A stretch of 64,000 nucleotides of DNA from Candidatus Moraniibacteriota bacterium. Its GTDB lineage: Bacteria > Patescibacteriota > Minisyncoccia > Moranbacterales > JAPLXC01. The notes under the pieces were generated by a model. The model had not been told where the DNA came from. It saw only the letters and a list, made by a program, of their open reading frames with translations, and did no database searches. Made by a program: the position numbers and the translations under genes. How positions within the stretch are numbered: position 1 is the stretch's first letter; the number at the start of each line of letters is the position of its first letter. This document shows positions 36,329-48,700 of this stretch, one piece after another. The stretch lies in the NCBI GenBank assembly GCA_026396275.1, contig JAPLXC010000002.1, positions 74,922 to 138,921 of the forward strand. The letters are read 5' to 3'.

Positions 36329-36357
36329 TGGACAAGACAAAAAAAGTATGATATACT
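36329..36357 (+). promoter_or_regulatory. strong sigma70-like promoter (extended -10)
   Basis: TGGACA, 17-nt spacer, TGaTATACT. Confidence 0.5.
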
Positions 36358-36384
36358 ATAAATAACTGAAAGGGGGCGCGAAAG

Positions 36385-36424
36385 CGGCTTTTCAGGAAAA
36401 AAACGGGTGAAAGCCGTTTTTTTT
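36385..36424 (+). terminator. intrinsic terminator / leader hairpin about 30 nt downstream of the promoter (candidate attenuator or small RNA)
   Basis: cggcttt-(18-nt loop)-aaagccg followed by TTTTTTTT. Confidence 0.45.
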
Positions 36425-36487
36425 ATTTGTTTTTTCTTGAATATATTCAGTCTATTCAGATAGCTATTAAATTGAAACCAAATTTTT

Positions 36488-36694
36488 ATGGGTTATGTAA
36501 GAGTAAAAGATATTGAGAAAATAATAGATCGCGACCGCAACACTATTCTACGCTGGGAGCGGGAAGGAAAAATTCCGCCGCCTCAAAAAGACAGCCGGGG
36601 CTGGCGTTTTTACACGGAAACGGATATTGAAACTATCCGCCGCTATGTTGCCAAATCCAATCCTTATTATGGAAATTTCAACCAAAACTGTTAA
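36488..36694 (+). CDS. small MerR/excisionase-type HTH DNA-binding protein directly upstream of the giant gene
   Basis: 68 aa: VRVKDIEKIIDRDRNTILRWEREGKIPPPQKDSRGWRFYTETDIETIRRY, an HTH_17-like pattern. Confidence 0.5.
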   Translation: MGYVRVKDIEKIIDRDRNTILRWEREGKIPPPQKDSRGWRFYTETDIETIRRYVAKSNPYYGNFNQNC

Positions 36695-36741
36695 AGCCAG
36701 CTAATTTTTTGCCGTGTTTGGAGAAATAAAAATGAAAATCA

Positions 36742-39700
36742 ATGCTCAAGGAAAAATGCGAAAAAATTTACGGTAAAATAAAAAATTGGGCGATCATTGT
36801 CCGCGATTCTAGCCGGCGCCACTTCCCGCTGGTTTTGGCGATTATTTTTTTGACTCCGGCTTTTATTCTACTTTTTCTTTTTGTTAATTCGCAACTACAT
36901 AAGCAGTCTTCTTACGCGGCCACTTTTACTGGAAAAGTCAAAGTTTCCAAGCAGACAACGACTTTGTCAACCAGCGGGGACTGGTATACTTCCATGGCTC
37001 ATTCCGGCGACGGAGTCAACGGTGACGCGGAATCGGGCACTTTCAATCCAATTCATCCGGGCCAGGGAGCGGGAACCGAGCCGGGAGCTGGCGGAATCGC
37101 TATGGGCCATGTGGCCATGGGAGCAACAACCACTTACGCGGCCGCCCAGTTCATCGGTTTTAAACCAAGCGCCACAGGAAACTTGGACGGGGTCCAGCTG
37201 GTTTTTGAAAATTTGACTTCAACCAATCTTTCCAATGTGGACTTGGTGGTTGAATTTGTTCGTTTTCCCTCAGCGACGTATAGCGGGGGTTGGACCAATT
37301 ATGTGACCGGCACCCAAGGCGCTTATACATATCCTTCCGACACGCAAGTTTTGCGCCGGACGGTCTGGCAGTTCAATCAGGAGCTTTCCGGGGAAAACGC
37401 GGCGCCGGGTCAGTTCGGGCGGGCAACTTTTGACTTTCGCTTTGATCCACCGGTAGCAGTAACAACCGGCGGAGGGGCCGGCGATCATTACGGCATCCGG
37501 ATTATCAACATGGGCGCCAGCACTCCGGTTTTTGGCACTTGGGCGCAAGCGCCTCAGTCCAACGGCTTCCCTTCAATCAACGGCACGATCCGGACAATCG
37601 GCTTCAATGATCTTGATACAACTAACGCCCCAACCGTTACTATGCCAGTGGTTTTGGGAGGAAATACGGTTTTGACAACCGGCGCGATGGTGGCGGCTAA
37701 TTCGGTTCCGGGAATCGGATTGCCGACAGTGCGCAGAACGGAAAACGAACACTGGACAGCCACTTATTCTTCAGCCAATGGAAATTGGACAGTTGCTGGA
37801 TCGGTTTCCGGAACACAAACCAATAAATTAACTACATCCACTAATGGCGGAACCGGCGCCAGCTGGCTCAATGACAGCGCTGTCTATACCACTCTGACCT
37901 CGGACATTACCGGCACAACCAACAAACTTTGCGTGGATTCAATCACCGGTTTTGCGGCCAACCAATATATTGATGTTTGGGACAGCGATACGGCTTCGGC
38001 TCAATTTACTATTCTTTCAGTAAATTCTTCAGACGGCAGTTGTCCGTTAAGCGGACCGTCCATTACTACAACCGCCAACCTGACTAACACCAATAACTAC
38101 ACCCAATCCAAAAACGCCACCGTAGCCAGAACCACCTGGAAGCAAAGAATTATTCAGGGAGCAATCCAGGTCTTTACCCAGGATATGCCCTCAACCACTA
38201 AAATCTGCGTGGCCGATTCAAGCAGATTCAGCGCGCCGACAGCCGGAACAGCCAATAACATCGTGGTTTGGGACAATAACACAACAACAATCAACACCAA
38301 CCGCGTCGTATCCACTTCGCAGGCGGATGGAAGCTGTACCAGCAATAACAGCATTACAATATCAACAGCGATTACTGCCGGAACTTATACTACCGCTCAA
38401 AGCGCTTATGTGGCGGAATATTCGGCTCATCTTTCCAATTCGGCCGCACCGTCCAATGGAGCGGTTTTACGCTGGACGACTTTTAATCATCCGCAAAATC
38501 CAACCAATTCAACTTTGCTGGCGCGGACTACTTCAGTTAATTTGGCTTACGCTAAATCACAGTCGCCGGCCACTTCCAGCACCAACTATCCTTATCTATC
38601 CAACCGCCATATTTTCTTTGTGGCTTATGGCGACGCGGACACGACCGCGCCGGCTGACGGTGATATTGTTATCGTCGGCAACGGCAAATCCGATCCTGAT
38701 TCCGGCGATTCATCCAATTTGACCAGCGACATCAACTGGGCGACCAAGGAATCGCATGTGGTGACGATTGACCGCAGTTGGGACGCGCCGATGGCATATA
38801 GCGGAACCAACGCAGCGGCGGTGGGCGACGGCGCCGGTTCTCGTGCCAACTTTGCCGCCTGGAGCCAGAACGGCGGCTGGGTATCAGCGCTGGTTACTCC
38901 CAGTTCGCAATTGGGGATAGACAACAGCACCAACAAGCATTACCGGATTACCATTCCCGGAAAAATTGTGGTTGACTCGGACGCATCGGTGGCGCTTGGG
39001 AAATCCGGAGCAGCCATTCCGGAAAGTTCTGGCCACGACATATATTTTGACACGGTGAGTCCCGCGGCTTCAACGCTTTTGACTGTTGACTCGGCGGCTA
39101 CTACGACTTTGACCGTAGCTTCCACCACTAATTTTATGCCCGGAGACACGATTGTCTTGGACGATAACAATTCCGTTCCGATAACGAGAATTATCGCGGC
39201 GGTTGAAAATTCTACCACCATAACTTTAACCGCGGCGGCGGTAACCGGCTATACCGTGGCACAGAGCGCATTTATCGCCAAAGGTCCGACCACTGAACTG
39301 CCAACTGGTTCTGATAGAAGAGCCGGGATTTATACAATGACCGGCCTTAACGGAGCATCCACGCCGGCGCAAAGCAATACCCGTACCGGAAGAGTGGCGC
39401 TTTATGCCGACGGTTCGGAAGATTTCAGAACTTCCAAAAGTGATTTGGCAGTGGATGTTGACGGCAATATTGACACTGGATATTTAGGAAATAATTCAAC
39501 TGATGCCGGCAATACCTGGGTGGATGTGGAAGATGATGTAGTTGGCAACTGGCAGCCGCTGGATCAGGTGGCTGTTGCCGGAGGGACCAATCAGCTGGCG
39601 GACAATAATTATTCCTCAACTGAGTTGGGCGGGACGGATGACGCCAACCAGATGCCGGTTTGGACAGGAGCCACAACCAAGGTTGACGCCGGAGCCGGGG

Positions 39701-42700
39701 GCCGAAACGCTCTGCCGACGCCCAATATGGAAGTGGCCGAGATCGGCACGATTCCGATGACCAATATTTATAACAGCGATTATAACGGCGGATCGCCTTT
39801 GTATTCTTCCAATTACAACAATTCGTCCAGTTTGACGATTTTTAATGACGGCGCCAACACGGAAGTGAACGACGCGGTTTATTTTGGTGATCAGGGAAGT
39901 AATATGCCTTATGCTTTGGAATTCAATATTGGAACGGCCATGGTAGCCAGCGCCGATTATGTCTGGGAATACTATAAGTCCGGAGTCGGCTGGACGGAAT
40001 TTACTCCCCGGGACGCATATCTTTATCAAACCAGGACCGGAGTGACGCTTCCTTTGTCAGTGGATACGGTTAATAATTCTCTTGCGATTACTCTGGCAGA
40101 AGGCGGAACAGTTTTTGGGCTGGATCAAATTGTGATGATTGACGACAACGATTCCGATCCGATTTACCGCCGATTGGGAACTTCCGCTCCGACAGCGACC
40201 ACTTTAACTTTTTCTGAACCGGTTCCTTCCGGATATACAGTAGCGCAGGGAGCGACAGTTACGCGTTTGAACGGCGGCCAATGGCAGTCAATGGACCCGA
40301 CTGGAATTTTTACCAGTGGCACCGGCAGAAGGATTATTTCCTGGACACCTACGAACCTAAATGGTACTCCCGCCAAGACAACGGTAAACGGTGTTAGCGC
40401 CTATTGGGTGCGAGCTAGAATTTCCTCTTTTACTTCCTGGACCACTTCGCCAACCAATCAGACAACTCCGGTGGGAATGGGAGGAATAGAAAGAATGTCT
40501 TCAGGCGTGTTTAATGTTTCTTCAGGCGTTCAAGAAGCCAAAGTTTCCGAAGTGACGGCCGGGAGCAGTTTTGATCCCAATGAAACTTATATTTTAGAAT
40601 ACGGCAATTCTCCCAGCTGGACGCAAGTTCTGCCGATTGTGCCTTCGGCGCCGTATACCTGGCATATAAACAGTACCGGCATGTTAAGCCAAAATACGGC
40701 GACGGCTGATTTTCATACGGCTAACGGCGATTTGTCTTGGGGGAATTATACGGTGACAGCCAAAGTGCAGATGAGGACGGCCAATGACGCGACTTCCAGA
40801 AAAATCGGAGTGGTTTTGAGAAATTCGCTGGACGGCAATGGCTATGGAGCTTTAATTGAAAAAACCAGCTCCCAGCAAAGAGTCGGTCTTTATCCGATGG
40901 CTCTGGGCGCGGAAGGTACGGTTTTTGCCAACACTACCAAAGCCTTTTCGGAAAACAGCTGGTATTGGATCAAGGCTAATGTTACCGGCACTGGCGCTTC
41001 CACAGTCTTGAGCGCCAAGTTCTGGGCTGACGGATCAGGTGAACCGGGTAGCTGGGATGTGACTTACACGACCACGGCCGGACAAGGACTTTGGAATACC
41101 GGTAAAATTGGTCTTTTTGCCGACGCGATGATTGCCGATTTTGACGATGTTTCGGTGGACAACGGGTCGGTAGTTTTTTCTGATTCATTTACCAGCACCG
41201 GCACCTGGAAACTTAAAGGTTCTATTAATGGCGATTTGGGAACAATTACTCCCGGAACACCTTTTACCAGCAACTATATTAATTTCACTTTGAAGCATAA
41301 AGGCGGCTGGAATGGAACAATTAATCCGGAAATCGGAGATAAAATTTATATCAGTCCCACTTCAACCAGAAGCTACAAAGGTTTATCCGGAACAGGATCT
41401 TCGGCCATAACTACCAGCGACACGAACACGGTCTATGAAAATGTTGATTTTGAATGGAATCCGGGGAGTAGCAATTACACTGTGACTGGAAGTGCTACCG
41501 GCGCGATGGGAACGGCCACGCCCGGAAGCGCTTACACGGCCACTGGCGGAAAAATCGGTCTGACCATTCCCTCCGGATCTCCGACCGCCACTAAATTCGG
41601 AAACAGAATGCTTTTGCTTCAAGATAATCTGCGCAGAAACACCGGTTCGTGGGTTGGCAACAATGGTTTGGGAAGCGCGGCTTTGGTCTGGCCGTCTTAT
41701 ACCTTAACTTCCAGCGCCATCACGCCCCGCTACAATATTGAAGGTGTTAGCGGAACGGCCACGGCCCGGCAAAACGGCACGATTGATTTTTGGTTCAAGG
41801 CCAATTATTCCGGTTCGCCTTCTTCTGCCACTCATCCCAAGGGAATGTATCTGGTGGATTATGCCAACCAAGGAAATTCGGAACGTCTTTTTATTCGGCA
41901 TACAAACGATGGCTATCTGGAAGCGGCGGTATTTGGAGGAGCGACTCAAAACACATTGCTTCGGAAAAGTTTTTCCGCCACTGCCGGACAGTGGTATCAT
42001 TTCCGTTTGGCCTGGGATGAAACTTTAAATACCAAAAGAGCCTGGCTAGATGAAACAGCTTTCACCTCCGGCGAAGGGCAAGCTTCAACGGTGGGAACCA
42101 GAGGCGCTAATGCCGGAATTATAAGAATTGGAAATACTTGGACTTATGACGCGCCCTTTGATGGATCAATTGACGAGTTTGCTATTTTTGACGATGCGAT
42201 TGACACTTCCGACGCTTGCGATTGGGGAGTATCTGTGGGAATTCCAATTCCCAGCGCGGCCTGGACCAATGGCCAGACAGCCGGATGCGACGACGCGGAC
42301 AGCAACATCGGAACTAATATTTTCCGAGCCAGTTTTGATCAAACTATGAATCCGCAGGAAGGGTCAATTATGGCGGATTACGCTTTTGGCAATCCGGCCA
42401 TGATTTTCACCAACGGAGCTGATACCGGCAATGAAAGAATCAGAATAGTCACCTATCCGCAAAGAACGCGTGTTTGGGTGGACAATACCGGAGAAAAATA
42501 TACGCCTTCAGCCAGAATCAAATTCGGTTCCGGTTATGAAGAAAACGCGACTCTGGCCACGCTGGCCGGCTGGAGCCATAATTACACTTATCATCACAAG
42601 GCGGTCCGACAATCTTCTTCCAGCCCGACTTATTCGCCGGTTCTTAATCTTAAGCGCAATACTCACATCTGGTCGGTGGAACCAATAACGCAAAACGGGG

Positions 42701-45700
42701 CGACGATGGGCGCGCCGATCAATGCCGGTATGGGATATGGAATGGGAACAATCGGACTTTCAGGGTTGGGAACCATCAATTTTTCCGATGTTTCCATGGA
42801 AAACCAATATACCAATTTTGCGATTGTTACCAATCCCTTTACTTTTTTGGCGGCCAAGCCCGCACAAACGATTTCCAATTCAGTTTTCTATAATTTCTAC
42901 GACCGCGCCTACACCATTGCCAGTAAAACGCAGGGAACCAATTATGTGGGCGCTTATTTCGTCACCACTCATTTTGCCGCCGCCAACATCGGCAGTGGCT
43001 ATAACGCCAGTCTTTCCCAGAATGTCGGAATTGACGGCAGTATTTTTATGGGCAACCGTAACGCTTACGTGACTGTGCCGCCGGTGGCGGCTAACGGCGC
43101 GGCGTCTTTTTTCTCCGGCCGGCTGTATACGGTTCAAAACAGCGAATTTTATAACAACGGTGTCACCGGCGCCGGAACATCGGGCGCTTTGAACTTTTCT
43201 TCTGGCGTGGCGAAAGTGACGATTGCCGATAATATTTTTTCCATCAACACCAATGGCATCCGGCTTTACGGAAACTCGTTTTTTACCATGAATGACAATA
43301 TTTTTGAAGGCCATGTAGCGGATGATGTGACGACATTAGGCGCCAATTATGGCGCCGGCATCAGGGTAGCGCAAACCTCATCGTCAGTGGCGATCGTGGA
43401 TACGGACAGTATTTTCGGCCGGGGGCTTTGGAATGAGGCGGATGTCGGCTTGCCGCCCAACACCGGAACTTTTGAAGCTGAATCGCTCATCCAGTTTACC
43501 GGCGAGGGCAGCCAGTTGAGAAGTCCCATTTTGTTTGGAACGGCTGATTACGATAATATGCCGAGAGTCGCCGATCACTATCTGGGATCCACTATTCCGG
43601 GTACGGATATACGAGGAACCCATTCTACCAATGAAAAGAATATTATCAATGCCACCACTTTTGGCTATATGCGCACCACCGGAGCGGGCTTGCCGGATAC
43701 GCTTTTGCGCACCAGCGGGGGCTATGGCTGGCGGTTGGAACCGATCAATGCCGACATCGGATTGGACTATACAGCTAAGCTTGTAGGCGTGGCCGATAAG
43801 CCACTGGCGGCGACCGGCTATTTGAGAATCAATTCCAATTACGGCACGACTAATTTGCCGACTGTTACACTTTCCGGACTGGGAATGACTGGAGCCAATT
43901 TGACTTGGACAGCGGAGCCGACAGCGGACGAATGGCAGCAATTCGTGGTTTCCGGCACGCCGACAGAGTCAGCTTTAGCGGAACTCAAAATTTCCACCAA
44001 GCTGGATTATGTGGTATCCGATTCCGGCACGAGCGAAATTGTTTCCAATGCCACCGGGAATTATCTTCCGGCCTTGGTTGAAGATGTGGATAAATCCTGG
44101 ACGCCCAATCAATGGGTGGGATATAAATTCAAAGACGCCAACGGAAAAGTTTTTGATATCGTGAAAAATACCAGTCAGATTCTCTATCTCAAAGGCACGG
44201 TAGTTCCGCATCTATTAAGCACTACTTTCGCGGCCTTAACTCCGGGCGATTATGTCATTTATAACGAGCCGTATGTTTATCTGGATGATGTTTCGGTTTT
44301 GTCTGGAACAGTGGATACGGGAACTCTTGATTTTCATTCCAGTGGACAGCCGGTTTCTCCTTGGCTGGCGACCGGTCTTACGGCCGAAGGAGTTTGGAAC
44401 GCGCAGTTCAGCACTTTTTCCGACAGCGCCGGTTCTTTTGGTCAGCTTTTGGGTGACGCATTAGTAGCTCAGTACGCGGATGTTTCTGATCTTTCACCTA
44501 CAACAACCGAGTTCGATACCAGCTTAAGTTCTACGACCGATGATTTTTATCTAAACGGCGCGATTATTTTTACCGAAGGGCAAAATAAGGGAGCGGTCCG
44601 AAGAATTTCCGATTATACTGGTGCTTCAAAAACAATAACTGTTGACCCAGCCCTGTCTTTTGCTCCGGCTGATGAGGATCGATTTGCCATTTTGGCGGCG
44701 ACCGCTTCCAGCGGTGGAAGTGGAGGAGGAGCTACGGCGGCTGAAATTTGGAGCTATGCGATAAGAAGGCTTACCGACAGCACTTTGTCAGGCGGAGGAA
44801 CATTGGCAACACAGTCATATCTGGATACGATGAAGGCGGACATCATCGCTGAAATTGATGAAAATGAAGCTTTGATTAGCGGCCTTAACGACATATCGGC
44901 TGCCGATGTCTGGAGTTATGCTAATCGTTCCATCACCGATCCAGACGCGATTTGGGAATACGCTCTCACTTCCATCGGAGAAACCGGATCGGTTGGAAAA
45001 TTAATCAAGGACAATCTTGATGCCACTATCTCCAGCCGGGGAACCAGCGACTTGACGGCGGCCGATGTTTGGACGAACGCCACTCGAACTCTGACTGATT
45101 ATTCAACTGACGCTATTTCTCTGGCAGTTTGGCAAAATGCCACCAGAACATTAACTGCTTATGGAAACGATATAACCGCGGCGGATGTATGGAATGTTTT
45201 AAGTTCATCGCTTACCACAGTTGGAAGTATTGGCAAACAACTGGCGGAAAATGTGGATGTGGCAGTCTCTTCTCGAGCCTCCCAAGCTTCGCTGGACGCC
45301 TTAAATGATATTTCTGCTGCTGATGTCTGGAGCTATTCCAACCGAACGATTACTGATCCGGATAACATTTGGGAATACGCCCTCACTTCCATCGGAGAAA
45401 CCGGATCGGTTGGAAAATTAATCAAGGACAATCTTGATGCCACTATCTCCAGCCGGGGAACCAGCGACTTGACGGCGGCCGATGTTTGGCTGGCAACGGA
45501 AAGAACCTTAACTTCCAACGCTAATTTCAACGATCCGACCACAGCGCAAATTGCCACAGCCGTTTGGGGGGAAGCCAATAGAACTCTTACTAGTTACGGC
45601 AATGACATTACCGCTGCCGACGTTTGGAGCATATTAAGCTCATCACTAACTACAGTCGGTTCGATTGGCAAGCAGCTGGCGGAGAATGTAGATGTGGCGA

Positions 45701-48700
45701 CCTCCACGCGGGCTTCCCAATCTTCAGTAGATGCCCTAAATGATATTTCCGCGTCTGATGTATGGACTTACGCTACTAGAACTTTGACTGGTGAAGTGGC
45801 GCTTACTTCCGATTCCAGAAAAGCGATCTGGGACACGGCCTGTTCTATCCTCAATACTTCCGGTAGCGTGGGAAAACTGGTTTGCGACAATTTAGACGCA
45901 GCCGTTTCTTCCCGTTCGACGCTTACGGCCGCTGATGTCTGGAGCAGCGCTACTCGAACAATTACCAATTTGGAAAATCCGGCCCTTTCGGCGATTGCCA
46001 ACAGCGTTTGGAGCAATGCCACTCGCGAACTGACTGCCTATGGCAACGACATCACGGCGCAGGATGTTTGGGATGTTTTAACTTCCAGTATGACTACTAT
46101 TGATTCTATCGGAGAGCTCCTAATAACCAATGTGGATGAGGAAATTTCCTCCCGGTCATCCCAAAGCAGTCTGGATGATGTTTCAACCAATGTCAGTGAT
46201 ATTGAATCCAATGTGGATGTGCCGGTTTCAACCCGTTCTTCGCAGGCCAGTCTTGACACCCATGAATCGTCCGAATCAACTTTTAGAACCAATACAACCA
46301 ATACCCTATCCGACATTTCCAGCGATGTTGGCGATATTTACATTAATGTAGTGGCTATTCAGAGCGATCTCTCTTCCATTGATACGAAAATTGATACTCT
46401 AACAACCACTCTCAACTCCGTTGACGCGAAAATTGACACTCTTGACACTAATATTGACAGTATAAAAACAACCGTGGAAGACACCAATATTAAAGTCAGC
46501 GCCATCCAAACGGTGACTAACAGTATTCTTAATAAGTGGGGCAGTTATTCTGCCGCGGATATCATCGGCTATGTTGACGCGCTGGAAGATTATGTGGGAA
46601 CGCCGGATGACGAAGCCAGCGCAGAAACTCTTTTTGGAAGGATAAAGGAAGTAAAGGAAGCGACGGGAAGCGGCGGGACGATTGATTTAATTTACGCCCA
46701 AGTCCAGGCCACGCATAACAAGCTTCTGGACGTTGAGTTGGAATTGGGATATAACGGAAAAACCACCAGCGCCTATGACGATATCACGGCTGTTAAAAAT
46801 TATGTGGACACGGTGGAGAACAGTCTGGCGACTTTGGATTCAAGAACTTCCGATATTTCTTCTTCAGTGAGTGATATTTCATCCGATCTCAAAGACGTGA
46901 CTGACAAGATTGGAAAAGTCAGTTCAGATTCCTTTTCCCAGCATTTCGAGATCAAGAAAACAGATATTGATTATCTCAAAAATAAAGTGATTGAGCTTAA
47001 AGCTATCGCTGAAATAGACCGCCAGCTGATCGAAAGAACGATCAGCGAGCCGATAGTCAAAGTGATTATGGAATGGGGGTCGGTAGTGATTAAATTTATT
47101 ATTGTCAATCCTTCTGATTCAACTGATCAGAAAATTCCTTTCAAGGCCTATCTTCCCAAAGAAGTGCGTCAGGAATATATAATAGATCTGAGCGGGCTTT
47201 CCTTAAATTACGACGCGACTACAGAGCAATACTATGTTACCGCGGACATCGCACTTAAAGCTGGCGAGTCGGTAACGCGCGCGGTGGAAATAAAAGACAT
47301 CTGGATAATTAGCTATGACGAAATTGATTCCCTAAGAAAGCAAGCCGAAGAAATGGCAGTGGGATTGACCGATACTTTCTACAACGCGCAAGCCATAACC
47401 TTAAAGACTGATATTAATACCCGGCTGGATAAGGTTGCAAGAAAGCAAAAAGATAATAATGCCACTCCGCAAGACCATATCCTGGCTTATCGGGAAAATC
47501 AGGAGGAATTGAAAGCAATTAATGAAAATTTAAAAGGAATGAAGGATTTAGTTTTGAATTCCGGCACCGGGAAAAACTTCCTAGCCTCTATCGGGGGCAT
47601 TCAGACCTTTGCCACCTGGGGAATAGTCCTAATTTTAATTTTTGGCATGGGAGCTCTCGGGTTTTTCTACTACGCTCTCTGGAGGAAAAAAATCGTGTCC
47701 GATGGAAAGTCGGAAACCGGCGGGCTGCCAGCCGGCCAGAAAACGGATGATATGAATCCTGTCCAACCAGTAGTCACTCCTGGCGCTCCGAATCAAAATA
47801 TCGAGTTGCCGACACCTTCGCCGCTCGCTCTTCCGGGATTCAATTTTTCCTGGGCCAAAAAGATTGTTTTGGGGTTAGTTATCCTGTCCAAGGATATCTC
47901 GAGCCTTATATATAGCTTGTTCAAAAAAGTTGCGGCCAAGGTGGCTTCTCTTCCCAAGAAGGTCTTATTAGTCATAGGCATATTAGTCATCGTCACGGCT
48001 GGCACCCTGGCTTTCGTAAAATACCATGATTACCAGAAAGAAAAATCAGAAAAAGAAAAAGAGATTGTTTTAAGCGTTTCTCAAAGCCAGGTTCCGGATG
48101 AAGCGGATGAAAAGAAGAAAAAAGTCCTGGAATTAGTCGCTGAAATCGATAAAAAAGCCGGAGAAAAAGCGGAGATGAACAAAAAAATAGATGAGATAAT
48201 GAAAAAAGATGAGAATCCAGAGGATGCTTCGCAGGAGGAAAAAATAGAAAACAAATCCGAAGCTTCCAAATCCAGCCGGCTGACCGTAAAAGACACGCCT
48301 ACCGGCTGGCTGAATGTTCGTGAGAGCGCTTCAACCGGCGGGAATGTTATTGGCAAGGTTTATCCGAAAGAAAGTTATAATTATATCGAAAATCAAGATA
48401 ACTGGTATAGGATAGTTCTAAAAGATAAAAAAGAAGGCTGGGTTAACGGTGAATATGTTCAATTGGAAGAAACGGTTGGCGGCGCAACTACGGAAAATAA
48501 TTCAGGGGAGACTCCATCTGTCAAGGCAAAAGAAAATGAACTAACTATCAAAGATACGCCCACGGGCTGGCTGAATGTTAGAGAACAGCCCTCTGCTAGC
48601 GGCGCACTGGTAGCTAAAATTTATCCGGGAGAAAAGTATATTTATTTGGAATCCGAAAACGGCTGGTACAAAATAATTCTCAAAGATAAAAAAGAAGGCT

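Noticed and set aside
36360-36425. Known riboswitch classes (preQ1, guanidine-II mini-ykkC, fluoride) in the leader upstream of the HTH/giant genes
   Set aside because: The hairpin loops (GAAA, GTGAAAG) and spacing do not match the ACGR-loop pair of mini-ykkC or the other small aptamers. It is kept only as a generic promoter-proximal terminator or small-RNA candidate.
44870-46130. Possible CRISPR array suggested by regular near-identical repeats
   Set aside because: The repeats are about 420 bp, lie inside a continuous ORF, and encode protein repeats. There is no short repeat-spacer structure and no cas genes.
37270-46351. Numerous 60-185-aa ORFs antisense or out of frame within the giant gene (for example 43384..43941, 42880..43314, 39616..40029)
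   Set aside because: The giant gene's Thr/Ser/Gly/Ala codon bias leaves long open antisense frames. The single 12.46-kb sense frame with coherent domain content is far better supported.
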